Origin: Octopus vulgaris
Taxonomy: Eukaryota
Reading direction: 5' to 3'
Length of the DNA stretch: 64,000 nucleotides
Assembly (NCBI GenBank): GCA_951406725.2
Contig: OX597816.1
Span: 76,074,001-76,138,000 of the forward strand
Part shown: piece by piece, positions 14,128-28,386 of the stretch
Layout of the letters: each line of letters begins with the position of its first letter
Numbering within the stretch: the first letter of the stretch is position 1
The notes under the pieces: model-generated
Told to the model about the DNA's origin: nothing
Seen by the model: only the letters and a program-made list of their open reading frames with translations
Databases searched by the model: none
Program-made: the position numbers and the translations under genes

Positions 14128-14579
14128 AATCCTTTCTACTAAAGACAGAAGACGTGAAATTTGGGGGAGGGGTTAAATCGAATTCATCGACCTCAGTGTT
14201 ACAGTTTCACTGGCACTTAATTTATCGACCCCGAAAGGATGAAAGGCAAAGTCGACCTCGGCGGAATTTGAATTTAGAATGTGAAGATAGATGAAATGCC
14301 GCTAAGAGTGAGTCAAAATGAAAATTGCATTGCATCCAGCGTGATAACGATTCTGTCACCTTGTGGATTCAAATTTTGGCAAAAGGCCTGCAATTCCGGT
14401 TAGGCGGTATACGTCGATTGCATGGATGCCAGTACTCAACTGGTACTTAATTTACCGCCCCCGAAAGGATGAAAGGCAAAATCCACCCAGGTGGTATTTG
14501 AACTCAGAACGTAGCGACAGGCGAAATACCACTAAGCATTTCGTCTGGCGTGCTAACGATTCTGCTAGCTCACCGCCTT
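14128..14579 (-). mobile_element. Two tandem SINE family B copies (about 14128-14362 and 14365-14579)
   Basis: Each contains the core CCCCGAAAGGATGAAAGGCAAA..CACC. Confidence 0.85.
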
Positions 14580-14581
14580 CT

Positions 14582-14622
<41 letters not shown>

Positions 14623-14624
14623 CA

Positions 14625-15459
14625 TAGAAAAAAGAACAGAAATTTTCTGACGAACAAGAGGAGGCGTTGCATAGTAGATTCCCAAAGATAGTTACAGCAA
14701 ATAGTAGTAGTGAGACATGGTTTTGTTGGAGAAAGGAAAGCTGAAGATGGGAATAGAAAGTTTATTAGTAGCTGCACAAGATCAAGCATTAAGAACTAAT
14801 TGGATACCAGCCAAATTAGACAAAAAAAAAACCAAAAACCAAAAACAAGCATATTCACAATGTAGATTGTGGAAATCAAAAGAGGAAACCATTACTTATA
14901 TAGTAAGTGAATGTGGCATGTTGGCATAGAAAGAATACAAGAAAAAACGGGGAGAGCAATCCACTGGCAGCTATGTAGAAAGCTAGGATTTGACCATACT
15001 GATAAATGCTATGAACATGAATCTTAATAAAGTACTAGAAAGTAAGAAATACAAGATGTTGTGGGACTTAAACAATCCTTATTCAGGGACAATTTTTGCG
15101 TGATGGGTTACTCGACCCGAAGAAAATTCTTACTGGGCCCCAACTGTTAGGTCATGCGCTGTTTCTCTTGATATGAAATCACCATGTCTCGCACATATGA
15201 TTGTGATGTGTGTACCCTTATCAGACGGGGAGTCACGATGGTTATACTGGGGTTTGTATATTTATACCCTAGTGTCAGTTGATGGCAAGCGGTGCTCTCT
15301 CACTCAATAATAATAATAGTATTTATAATAATAATAAACGGATAAGAAGCTAGAAAAATAATAAACCAGATATAACAATAATAAATAAGAGAAAGCGCAG
15401 TTGCTTACTAATTGACGCATCATTTCTGCTTGATTTCAGGATAGTAAAGAAAGAGAATG

Positions 15460-15462
<3 letters not shown>
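14625..15462 (+). mobile_element. R4/Dong-like LINE fragment (zinc knuckle and REL endonuclease) with a nested insertion
   Basis: GKLKMGIESLLVAAQDQALRTN..CRLW..EETITYIVSEC, IHWQLCRKLG, KMLWD, then NKPDITII..CLLID after an unrelated insert at about 15075-15320. Confidence 0.85.
15075..15320 (+). mobile_element. Unclassified retroposon 3' segment ending in (AAT)n
   Basis: Interrupts the LINE reading frame between LWD and KPD; ends CTCTCTCACTCAATAATAATAAT. Confidence 0.5.
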
Positions 15463-15510
<48 letters not shown>

Positions 15511-15534
15511 CCCTTATAATTCGAAATAGCTGAA

Positions 15535-16278
15535 GAATGGAGACCTTAAAAATAGAAAAGGAAGGACTTATAATGGTAACTCAAAGCCAGTCATTGCGGT
15601 CGGAAAGCTTTAAGGCGAAAATAGACAAATATGTGATAAGCGCAAAGTGCTGAGTATTTAATGAGAGAGGAATCCGTTATGCGCATAATTTCCTGTAGTA
15701 CTTCGGTGCAGAGGGAATATAGATACAGTCGCTACTGTGTGACCAAGGCATAACACTGGGACATATTACAGCAAAGAAGATCTAAAGTAGGAAGAAAATG
15801 GTACCAACATCCACCAGAAAGTGTAATGGAGAACGCCCAGTATAGGATCTTATGGATTATAATGTACAGACTGAGCACTAGCTTCACGCGAAGTCACCAG
15901 ATATTATCATTCTGGAAGGAGAAAAGGAGAAAAACAGTGTCCATAATCATAGATGTTGTTATACCTGCGGGCAGATATAGCGGTCAAAGAATAGGAAAAA
16001 TTAAGAAAATACCAGGATTTAATTAGGAAAATACAATGACTGGAGTGTTTCTATAAAAGTAATACCAGTTGTTACAGGCGCCCTAGGTACCGTCAACAAT
16101 AGACTTGACAGTTTCCTAATTGATATACGTGTAATTATGTGAGTTGCATTAATTCATAAGTCTGCTCTATTGGCAACAATAAATATTGTAAGAATGGCCC
16201 TAGACATCTATGGAAACTGGCCGTGACCCGGTATCAAGGAGATTGATTCCAAAATGTAAAACATTCTAACATACCGTG

Positions 16279-16280
<2 letters not shown>
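15535..16280 (+). mobile_element. R4/Dong-like LINE 3' end (second subfamily)
   Basis: KWYQHPPESVMENAQYRILW, SPDIII, IIDVVIP, KYQDL, VIPVVTGALGTV, KSALLATINIVRMAL; runs into (TAC)n(TAG)n(TAA)n. Confidence 0.85.
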
Positions 16281-16324
<44 letters not shown>

Positions 16325-16619
16325 GTAGTAGTAGTAGTAGTAATGATAATAATAATAATAATAATAATTACTTCTTTGTAGGTACATGTTTTTAAATTTG
16401 ACAGAATGGAATATAAAAAAGACGAAAAAATATGTATCTTGAAGTAAACGACGAATGCAAATCAAATGATGAAGTGACAAAAATCTGAAATGGGAAAGAA
16501 AAACAGCAAGACAAATTATATGAGATCTAACATGCTAAATCAAAAACAGTACGTCAAAATGCTATGCTGAATTAATGGTAAAAAAATCCCTATACGATCA
16601 ATAACTGAAAACTGAATAA

Positions 16620-17350
16620 GGTGGAATAGGCAAATGAAATGCGCAATGCTGACTGAGAAGTCTGGATTCACGACTGTGACGGAAATATTTTTCTTTATGG
16701 CACCAGAAATCACTGAAAGCATTCAAAGAGGTAGAATATGCTGAAGAAATAATTAATTGCATTGTCTCGCGCTATTTAGTGTATGCCAGGAAAAAAATAT
16801 GCCTACAAGCATGACAGAGTTGGGGGTTTAATACAGTAGAAATTATGCAGCTATTATGATATCCCAACTCAAAATGGATGTCATAAGCATGCACCAGGAA
16901 AGGTTTCAAAAGTGATAAAGCTACCATATTCTAGGACATGCCAAACCACGCAATCAGGGTAATCACAGGTAATCTTCCGGATATTGGTAAAGAAAGGAAG
17001 AGGTTCTAATAAAGGATCAGCCCTAAGAGATGATTAAGAATGTTTCAAAAAAAAAACAACCTCTCTAAATTATGAACATAGAGACAACGAAACAGTGGGG
17101 ACTGACAGGAGGGAGAATCCCGACAGTTACAGGTGCATTTTAATAGCACCTGTAATTGTTAGAGACAGTAACCTATGCTAGTCTATAATTGATTTCACAG
17201 GATTAACAAATACACTTTACTGAAGATAAACACTACTGACTACAGTACTAATTACATAAAGTATTTTCAATGCAATAGAAAAGTCAAATCAGTACAAAAC
17301 ACATATCTAGGTAGCAGAGAGCTGCACTTGGTAGTGCATTCAAAACACTC
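16620..17350 (+). mobile_element. Highly decayed R4/Dong-like LINE 3' end
   Basis: YKHDRVGGLIQ*KLCSYYDI, ATIF*DMP, NLPDI, QWGL..IPTVTGAF; tail AGAGCTGCACTTGGTAGTG resembles the tails near 4415 and 13995. Confidence 0.7.
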
Positions 17351-17846
17351 ACTATCAATCTTGCTGGATAATAACGTAAACACAACACAGATTGAAAGAT
17401 GTAGAATTAATATTGGCGATTATATTGAAGGCAGTACTCTGCTTGTATTCATTTTCTCCACGCAAATCGATATCGGAAGGATTTGTAGGTAACTGAGTAA
17501 GAAAATGCACTTAGCCTCGGCATTCTAGCAATGGTACCGAGCTACCATTGAGATTTTGCCAACTCTGGTTCCATTATCTAATTTCTATGTAATTAGATGA
17601 AATAAATGGTCATGTTATTTAGTATCATATCATCAAAAACATAGACTCTGTTTTTAGGCTCGCTTGCATCACAGTCTTAGTAATAATTCCCTGCTAGTTC
17701 ATTAATTATCCTATTTCACATTTTCCTTTCATACTAAGTTGACATCGTACAGGAGTTATTTCGTAAATACCAGCATCTGAGATGTAATTTGTCTCAACCA
17801 GTCACCACCAAACAATAGCAGAAACAAAATTAAGGCACACCCACTC

Positions 17847-17886
<40 letters not shown>

Positions 17887-18134
17887 TTGCGTACACATAC
17901 ACACTTTTGCGAACACATGCATGCACTCTTGCACAGAAACATAACAATGCAATTTGAGACACACGCACGATATTGTCGTAATAGATCAGTTAAGAAAAAA
18001 GAAAAAAAAAAACGCTTTCCAGTCGGTCTCCAATATATCTGTGTCCTTTCACAAACGACTTTGTGAAAATGTTTCTAACACTACAGTATCGCGAACAGTG
18101 TAGATTAACAACAGCAACATTATTGACAAGTTCC

Positions 18135-18294
18135 AAGGCGGCGAGGTGGCAGAATTGTTACCACGCCGCGAGATCGATTTTGCCTTCCATCCTTTCGGAA
18201 TCAATAAATTAAGTACCAGTGAAATACTGGGGTCGATGTTATCGACTAGTCCCCTTCCCCAAAATTTCAAGACCTTGTGCCATCAGTAGAAAGG
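18135..18294 (+). mobile_element. SINE family B, internally deleted, with TSD
   Basis: Family B head and core; TSD ATTATT(GA/AG)CAAGTTCC at 18119-18134 and 18295-18310. Confidence 0.85.
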
Positions 18295-18897
18295 ATTATT
18301 AGCAAGTTCCGAATCTATAAAACGTTTGTGAAACTCAAAACACGACAAAACAAATCAACTAACAAAACAAAATTATACCCGAGGAGGTTATACGCAAATG
18401 TATTGATTTCTAACGTATTCTTACATAAAAGAACACATGCTCTGGAAACAAAGTGTTGTATTTATTTGACCTACCTGAGGAGGATAAAAAACAATGTAGA
18501 ATTATGACAGAATTAAGCTCAAACGTTTAGAGAGGTATCTAAATATAGGAAGTCCTTCTAGTGTCAGTCGACCGCCTTACATGACTAATTATACTAAAGT
18601 ATTTTTTCAGTTATAAACTCAGAAAAAGAAGTAGGAGAAAGCGATGTGGTTGAGTATCTCTGAGTTGATGTTGCAGAACAAATGAGAAAATTGCAGAGAG
18701 GGGCATTCGAGGGAGATTGGATAGCAGTCGGAAAGAACAGTAACGGTAATGAGTGAAACAGAAGTGAAATTATCTGATATCCTCTGGCGATGTTGCTTTG
18801 TAGTTTACTAGCCCAGAGAAGCAGAAGTTCTAGTTGACGTTCGCGAAGCAAGACGAGGACATGATTAAGTTCTGCTCACTAAAATATTTGATATACT

Positions 18898-19301
18898 CGT
18901 TTTTACTTGTTTCAGTCATTTGACTGTGGCCATGCTGGAGCACCGCCTTTAGTCGAGCAAATCGACCCCAGGACTTATTCTTTGTAAGCCTAGTACTTAT
19001 TCTATCGGTCCCTTTTGCCGAACCGCAAAGTTAAGGGTATGTAAACACGCCAGCATCGGTTGTTAAGCGATGTTGGGGGACAAACACAGACAAACATATA
19101 CACACACACTTACATATATATATATATATACATATATACGACGGGTTTCTTTCAGTTTCCGTCTACCAAATCCACTCACAAGGTTTTAGTCGGCCCGAGG
19201 CTATAGTAGAAGACAGTTTCCTAAGGTTCCATGCAGTGGGACTGGACCTCGAACCATGTGGTTGGTAAGCAAGCTACTTACCACACAGCCACTCATGCGC
19301 T
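18898..19301 (-). mobile_element. SINE family A, full length
   Basis: Reverse complement of 2328-2735. Confidence 0.92.
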
Positions 19302-19793
19302 TATATATTTATCATGTCAACAAAAATTGTTTTCAGTGTTTGTGTGTGTGTGTGTCTGTATGTGTGTGTGTGCGTGCATACATGCATGCATGCGTGTTTA
19401 CAAATATAATAGCAGTACAATCACGTGGATGTCGCTTGAGCATCGTAGTGAAGACGTATAACGAGAGAAACCGTCGACAGAATGCATTAAAAGTTATAGT
19501 TTCAATTTAAGCAGGATCATCTTACAAGACAAAACTTTTGTGGTTGATAAATATCAGCTACATATTTACATAGTTTTTATTTATTGAATTGCTTCCTAAC
19601 AAATATTAGCCAACTTACTACGTCGAAATTTAATATTTAAACAAAAGAAGCGAGAACAAAATGGTGGATGACTGGAGTGAACGTCCGAAGACGATTACTT
19701 TTACCAAGGCTTCAACTTCAAATAATGTTAATAATAACTGTATTGGTCATCGATTTAAGGGTCCATAAAATAAGTGTCAGATATCCAACTATT

Positions 19794-20210
19794 AAGGCGG
19801 CGAGCTGGCAGAAACGTTATCACACCGGGTGAAATGCAAAGCGGTATTTCGTCTGCCGCTACGTTCTGAGTTCAAATTCCACCGAGGTCGACTTTGCCTT
19901 TCATCCTTTCGGGGTCGATTAAATAAGTACCAGCTACGCACTGGGGTCGATATAATCGACTTAATCCGTTTGTCTGTCCTTGTTTGTCCCTTCTGTGCTT
20001 AGCCCATTATGGGTAGTAAAGAAATAGGTATTTCGTCTGTCGTTACAATCTGAGTTCAAATTCCGCCGAGGTCGACTTTGCTTTTCATCCTTTCGGGGCC
20101 GATAAATTAAGTACCAGTTACGCACTGGGGTCGATGTAATCGAATTAATCCCTTTGTCTGACCTTGTTTGTCCCCTCTATGTTTAGCCCCTTGTGGGCAA
20201 CATTGAAATA
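19794..20210 (+). mobile_element. SINE family B with tandemly duplicated body and tail
   Basis: Body repeated (19843-20025 and 20027-20210); a single TSD AGATATC(C/T)AACTA at 19779-19791 and 20211-20223. Confidence 0.9.
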
Positions 20211-20667
20211 AGATATCTAACTACAGAGTTCATTAAATCATAGAGTTATATGTTACAAGTGTTAAAAAGATCATATGACACAAACATAACTTAACTAACC
20301 TAAAGTTAGTTTATTCGTCTATTCCTAATCACTGCTTGACTCTGATGTTGCTATTTCTACCTAGACCAGGCGGTCCACTAGCGCTTTCTCAGTCAGTGAT
20401 GTAGATTTTAAAATTTTTTAGTTAAAGCTACTGCTTTGAATCTGCCCAGGTTTATCTCTCTTCGGTATTTCCCATTGAGGAAAGCTAAAGGAGCAGAAAC
20501 AAGCGTCTGGGAATCCTCTAGAAGCACGCACTGGACAGACATGGTGCTTTTTGCTCCTTATATCATAAGAGAATATTTCCTCCACGGCAACTGCCATGAA
20601 TTTCCCTTTAGAAGTTAAAGTATGTTAAACATATTTTAACTAACCGAAAGCTTGTTCATATACATAC

Positions 20668-20720
<53 letters not shown>

Positions 20721-20722
20721 TT

Positions 20723-20757
20723 TAACTAGTTTCAGCTCACGAGCTGTGGTCATGCTG
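20723..20757 (-). mobile_element. Ultra-short 3' tail of the CR1-like LINE
   Basis: CTAGTTTCAGCTCACGAGCTGTGGTCATGCTG matches 45916-45947; it sits within TA repeats. Confidence 0.65.
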
Positions 20758-21546
20758 ATATATATATATTTACTAGGGTTCTACTAGTCATATGGCAGCT
20801 AACTTTAGAAATATACTTTTGCCACCAAGGTTAATATCAGAAAATATGGTATACATATAGTAGATGTACATTAACTTTTATCGAGTCTCTTTGCGCTTAT
20901 AGAAAATGATGAAGTGAATTCTAATTCTCGAACATCTAAATAAACAGAAAACAAAACAATGATGTAATTATACATATTAAATATTTTCCAACAAATTTGA
21001 ACATGAATATGCTAATCACTGTTGTAATTTGTCTACGAAGGACAACTTATTTTTATTTGCATGTCTCCTCTCGTATGTACCCCCTCTCATCTCCTGCTCT
21101 GTCTCTATGTTTCCTCTTACTCACTCTGTGTGCGAAGTGTTCTTTTACTCATTGCCTGACCCCAAACTTATGTGCACTCATTCTGCACCTCTTAAGGTTT
21201 ACTTATTTAGTGTCTGTCGTCAATTGTCTCTTTCCCTCTCTCAATACGATTAAAAAGTTCAACAAGAGGAACCAAACAACCGACCAAACAGCCAACTAAC
21301 CAACCGACTGACCGACTAACCGACCGACCGAGTGAACGAGCGACCAACCAACCTTTATATTGGTTTTTATTCTCTCTCTCTCTCGGTGTATATAAACACA
21401 CATCAAGATGAAGTTATGACAATGTGATTAAGAGATTCGCTTTGCAACCACATGTTTTGAGGGTCCTAGAGTGTGGGGTCTTGGGTATGTACTCCCTCTT
21501 ATGGTATCCGGCCGAAATGGAATCTGTGTACGCCCATCGCATACAC

Positions 21547-22330
<784 letters not shown>

Positions 22331-23004
22331 TCTCTATAGATATGTGCATATATTAATGTGAATGTTTATGTGTGCATTTTGTCAATAGTGTTGCAATTAT
22401 TCTGTTTTAGATATGGATATTTATTTCCTCCAATACAGACACGATGGTGAATTGTATGTGGTTTAAAGGTCGAATTTTAAAAGATTTAAAGCAGGGTTTC
22501 TTTGTTTTTAATATTTTTTCCAAATGAAAATCTATCCGAGTTATTTTTAAGAATAAAAAGAATATATCATGCGTCAAATTATTAAATAGACTGATGGCAT
22601 ATAGATTTTAAAACAGCCATCTCTGTCTGTCTGTTTCTCTGTACGTATGACGAAAAGATATTGCATACGTAGACGATAATAACTCTAAAGTTATTGATGA
22701 TAGATCATATTGTAAAAAAAAAAAACGACTAAAAGATCGATATCTTTTGAAAAAAAATAACAAGACATAAAAAGTCTATGTATCAAAGTAAGATGGGAAA
22801 ATACAGAAGGGGTTGAAAAGTGAGACTTACTTTGATATCGCGGCCACAACTTGAATAGTACTGCATATTCGATTACATATAAAATCACAAGAATACAAAA
22901 ATACTTTCTGCTTCTAACGGTCTATAATCTTAGTCGTTGCTATGATTAGAAGAATAAAAATGCGAGTGGTCATCTCACAGCATTCGTTTTACATACATAC
23001 ATAC

Positions 23005-23440
23005 ACATAGTGTGTCAGTTTTTGTAAGGACACCTTTCTTTAAGAGCTCTAACTATATTCTAACTTATTTTTGTTTTACCTTACTTTCAGATAAATAATG
23101 CTAGCCGTCAGGTTGATTCGATAAATAAAAAGGCACGCAGTGATCATTGCCATAAAAGCGCAACATAGTGGTACAGAGATAGCACGCTTTCTAGAAGTTT
23201 CCCGATCCTTCGTTGTCAAAGTTAGAAAGAGTTAAAAGCAGGTGATCCAACATTAGCATCTAAACGCGAAATGCATGCTCAGAATCGTAATATCATCATA
23301 ACACATAACTCTAAACAAAAAGTCAAAGAAATAATTCATAAAAAGACCCCGGAAACTCAGAGCCATTGCAAAGGATCACTTGATTTCAGAAGAGTTGTGC
23401 ATGAGGACGTTCAGTATAAGTCTTATGCTATACTAGCAGT
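23005..23440 (+). mobile_element. maT-like transposase 5' (HTH) fragment
   Basis: KRHAVIIAIKAQHSGTEIARFLEVSRSFVVKVRK, RAIAKD and RRVVHEDVQYKSY, with frameshifts. Confidence 0.7.
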
Positions 23441-23479
23441 AGATTCATCGAATAAGGGTGATAAAAGGATTCTCAAGAT

Positions 23480-23917
23480 TATTTTAACATCTGCATGATG
23501 TGGAAAATATTCCATCAACATTACACAAATGATGTTGGCATCGCCTTTAAGATATACTCAAGACTTGGATTCTGTGCTATCCGCCTACGACATAAATGAT
23601 ATTCGCATCACATAACTACAATATGGCACAGTTATTTCACATAAATTGGCCCTGCTCTCTTTAACATTACACCAAAACACATTAAAATAGAAACAGACTT
23701 CATAAAATTCTAAAATCCTTTGGACAAATTCCTTCAAAACATCCCGGATAAACCTCCTATACCCGAATATATCTCCGTAAACAATAAATCTCTCCTCGAG
23801 TGGGTTAAGCTGTACGTTTCCTGATTTGAATGACTTTGCCAGGTGGTTTTATTAAGTTAGACATAGCCTGACCCAATACTGGCCGAAACAGGTCAAAGTA
23901 TCAAAGTATCAAAGTAT
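23480..23917 (+). mobile_element. CR1-group LINE 3' end
   Basis: MWKIFHQ, IGPALFNITPKHIK, LDKFLQNIPDKP, NKSLLEW; ends in the 8-bp tandem tail (TCAAAGTA)3. Confidence 0.8.
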
Positions 23918-24462
23918 ATTGACAAAGAAACGGCGAAAAAATATTTCTCGAAGAAAAAATATCTACATACGTAAATGCACATACACATACACACGTACTC
24001 ATGCACACAATATAGTTTGCATATCTAGGAATCTAGAATTATGTTTTTTTTCTGGTGGAGAGCACTGTATATGTACCCTTATGAAAGGAGTAAGCTTACC
24101 AATTTATTTTATAGACATATATTTTTATTTCCCTATTATTTCCAAATTAGTCTGGACTAGTTCTGGGAAATCCTGGTTAGCTGTGAATATCCTTCTCTAT
24201 TTGGTATCTCACCAAACTGTTTCTACCATAAGTTGCCTTCTCCCACCTCACCTCAGACGAACGATACCTTACAGGCATACATGCAACATACATGCACAGC
24301 CCTACAGGGTATCTTTGATCTTTAGTATTTTATAATCAACTTCATTGTTTCCTAAGATGAAAAGCCTTGCAAGGTATATGTAATTTTGAAAATATGAAAT
24401 AATACAGTCTCGATAGGCGTTATGTTTCTTGATTTGCAGATAACTTAGGTCTATGACTATGT

Positions 24463-24463
24463 C

Positions 24464-24501
<38 letters not shown>

Positions 24502-24565
24502 GCTACTACTGCTGCTACTGCTGCTGCTGCTGCTACTACTACTACTATTACTACTACTACTACTA
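24463..24565. repeat. (CTA)n/(CTG)n compound microsatellite
   Basis: Read directly from the sequence. Confidence 0.95.
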
Positions 24566-24856
24566 TGTAAAATAAATACTTATATATATATATACGTGTA
24601 CATACATATAAATCCGATTTGAGTATTACACACACTCATCTATATTTAATAATAACAATAATCCTTGGATGAAGTTTATAAGCATTCAGGATTATTATTA
24701 TTATTTTTATATTTATTCTACGCTATATCGGTACAAATTAATGCAACTTCCCCAAAACTGGTTCACGAGCCTAATGTAATCATTAGACTATGCCCGGCGT
24801 AAAAGAATAGGAGATTTATTTGCCTATTCAAAACGTTTCCCGTAGACAAATTTTAA

Positions 24857-24892
<36 letters not shown>

Positions 24893-24909
24893 TATGTATG
24901 TATGTATGT

Positions 24910-25033
24910 ATACGACAGACTTCTTTCAGTTTCCGTCTACCAAACCCACTCACAAGGCTTAGGTCGGCCCGAGGCTATAGTTGAAGACACTTGCACAAGG
25001 TGCCACGCAGTGGGACTGAACCCGGAATCATGT
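24910..25033 (-). mobile_element. SINE family A, 5' part
   Basis: Similar to 19138-19260. Confidence 0.85.
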
Positions 25034-25037
25034 AAAT

Positions 25038-25180
25038 ACACATGCATATATGGGTACAGGACGTAAAAAAAAAACGTGAACAACATGAAAAACGAGAACA
25101 GGAAAATCAAAAACATGGAAGACCACTTTTTTTCGAACAACGAAAGAAACGAATAGAGAAACGAGCCAGGCAACATATAT
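25038..25180. repeat. Dispersed repeat of the same family as the 32405-32808 foldback arms
   Basis: CATGCATATATGGGTACAGGA..AAAACG..AACA.. matches 32452-32580. Confidence 0.75.
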
Positions 25181-25405
25181 ATAATTTTTCCGTTATTCGG
25201 TTTTTGTTTTTACGTAGCATACTTGTGGTTTCTAAGAATTCTTCTCCAGTTCTAGAGATTTCATTGAAACTATAAGTACTGACGTGCAATTGAAGAGCCG
25301 AACAAATTCAATAATTAATATCTATAATATACATTGAGTACTTTTCCTCCTGTTCGTTATGAAGAGCATTATGTGTGTGAGTGTGTGTGTGTATGTCATC
25401 TATAT

Positions 25406-25451
<46 letters not shown>

Positions 25452-25482
25452 GCATATACACATAACACGAGTAGACGACACA

Positions 25483-25533
<51 letters not shown>

Positions 25534-25534
25534 A

Positions 25535-25704
25535 AGCGCAGGCGTTATTGTGTGGTAAGAAGCTTGCTTGCCAAACACATGGTTTCGGATTCAGGACCAC
25601 TGCATGGAAATTTGGATTGGTGTCTTCTACTTATATCCTTGGGCCGACCAAATGCTTGTGAGTGGATCTGGTTAACGGAAACGGAAAGAAGTATGTCGCA
25701 TATG

Positions 25705-25765
<61 letters not shown>

Positions 25766-25950
25766 ACGTCTATATGTCTGTATTTGTCCCTATTACCACT
25801 TGACAACCGGTGTTGGTGTGTTTACGGTCCCGTAACTTAACATTTCAGCAAATGTGAACGATAAAATAAGGATTAAGCTTTAAAATTCAGTCCTGGGGTC
25901 GATTTGTTCGACTAAAACCCTTCAAGGCAGTGATCCACCACGGTTGCAGT
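25535..25950 (+). mobile_element. SINE family A, near full length
   Basis: Head, internal TA tract and tail are all present. Confidence 0.85.
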
Positions 25951-25984
25951 ATCTTATCTCTAAGATACCCTAAATTATAATTTT

Positions 25985-26044
<60 letters not shown>

Positions 26045-26127
26045 CGATATATATTACGATCGCTATTTTCAAGCAAATATCGGTACCTCGTTGTACCATT
26101 TATTTACTTTTATATGTATATATAAAA

Positions 26128-26331
26128 TGTAACCTCGTGTGTACCGTTGGCGATTGTGTTTCCTCTGTCTTCCCTTCTCTGGATCTTTCCTTCTCCTATG
26201 TTTCTGACGAAGAGCTCCGCTCGAAACGTTAAGCCCCTCCTTCTTTCCTTCTTTCCTGAGCGTCCAATAATACTATATTTGTTCCACGTCCTCGCGTTGT
26301 TGTGTTCTTTTGTGCTTTCTTGTTTGGATTA

Positions 26332-26338
<7 letters not shown>
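26128..26338 (+). mobile_element. Penelope-like pseudo-LTR carrying a minimal hammerhead
   Basis: Its 3' part is repeated at 32221-32308; flanked by (TA)n; contains CTGACGA..GAAAC. Confidence 0.75.
26200..26234 (+). ncRNA. Minimal type-I hammerhead ribozyme motif
   Basis: gttt-CTGACGA-a-GAGC-tcc-GCTC-GAAAC-GTT-aagc: intact core, 4-bp stem II, palindromic AACGTT in place of helix III, GUU cleavage triplet. Confidence 0.75.
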
Positions 26339-26425
<87 letters not shown>

Positions 26426-26546
26426 TGTATCTACATCTTCCTTTTTCAATTCCCCACTGTATATATATATTTTATATATAGATAGATAGATACACAGAAA
26501 CCAATATATGTGTGCTTGTGTGTAAGTGTGAAAGTGTGTGTCAGTG

Positions 26547-26610
<64 letters not shown>

Positions 26611-26673
26611 AGTGTCTTTATCTTTATCTATTTACAATCTATGTATATACGTACCTATCTATATATGTATATG

Positions 26674-26723
<50 letters not shown>

Positions 26724-27889
26724 TGTGTGTGTGTGTGTGTGTGTCCGTCTAGGTGCGTATGTATGCATACTGTTTGACAAGCTAGAGTCTGTTGCTGTCT
26801 TCAATTTCTTGTCGCTTAGCAACATTACTAACAATTGGATCACTTCTACCTCTCCACAACTATACTAATATACATGTATACAGCTTCACAGACGTTTACA
26901 TAGAAGAATAAACACCACAAAACACATTGAGATAGAGGAAAACACACTGAGACATAATTACACATGTACCTGTGCGTGTATCAGGTTTTGATATTTCTCT
27001 ATATTTATCAATGTGTTAGCGAATGAGTTAGTCTATGCTTTTGTATATCTCTTATTTTTTTAATAAAATTATTGACCTAATGATGGGCTTGGTGTATCAT
27101 CAAGTTAAGAACTAATACCACTGGCATGTTTGAAGGGAAATATAAGAGCAAATAAATTCACTACATAAAAACTAACTAGTATATTTATTATAAAGTATCA
27201 ACTGACACATATCCCTTTCTAACAATAAATAATTGTCTGTGTATGTAACACCACACGCGCACGCGCAAGCACACACACACACACACACATATACGGAAAC
27301 ACATGTGTATATATATGTTTCTGTGCTGTACAGTATGCAGAGTATATAATTTCTACGAAGCATAGTTGTGTTGAAGCAGCCGAATAAGTATCTTAGCTTT
27401 CAGGAAATGATCTATAGGAAAAGGAGTAAATTGCAGAATTTTTCCCCATGAAAATGAAATAAAAATAAATTATAATTGAACTAACGGATTTAACTAATGT
27501 AGCCCAATGGCATGGATATAACTTACACAAGTAGGTGTTTTTGAACAAAGACATAAAAATCATTAATTGACGATAGTGTCAGAGAGCCAGCAAACGATAA
27601 CCGAAAAGCCCCGAGCTTATGGTTAGTGCATCTTAAATGGGGAATATTTTCAAGGAACTAGAAATGAATTTTACAGATAATTAATTTGAAACTTAAGTAA
27701 GTGGAATTGAATTTATTTTCGCAGCAATGACGTGGTTATCTCATACAGACATTGATACATACATATATACATACATACATGCAAACATACATACATACAT
27801 ACGTACATAGATACAAACATACAGTCAGACATATATGTGAGTGTGTGCGTGTATATATATACATCTATACACACACACACACATATATA

Positions 27890-27978
<89 letters not shown>

Positions 27979-28272
27979 CATGTACACACACATATATACA
28001 GTATGGAGTAATTAAGATTTATAGAAAATAATAGAGGAAAGTTACAGAGAGACAATGTTTCAGAATATAAAAAAAGTGTTCCCTTGACGACCCAATGCGG
28101 TTAGGCATCGAAATGTAGTTGGAACACCAAATGCTGTGTTCCAGATACTTGAATTAGTGAAAGATACGTATGAATTAATAATCTATATTTGTTTGTGTCA
28201 TAATTTCCCCCTATATATGCAATGAATATCTTCACATGGAGTAGTAGTCATACACGCATACAATATTTAAAC

Positions 28273-28322
<50 letters not shown>

Positions 28323-28339
28323 GCATTTGTATGTGTGTG

Positions 28340-28386
<47 letters not shown>

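Noticed and set aside
20425-20547. Short minus-strand ORF with a good Kozak context (MSVQCVLLEDSQ..)
   Set aside because: About 44 aa, no recognised homology or splice support; compatible with chance.
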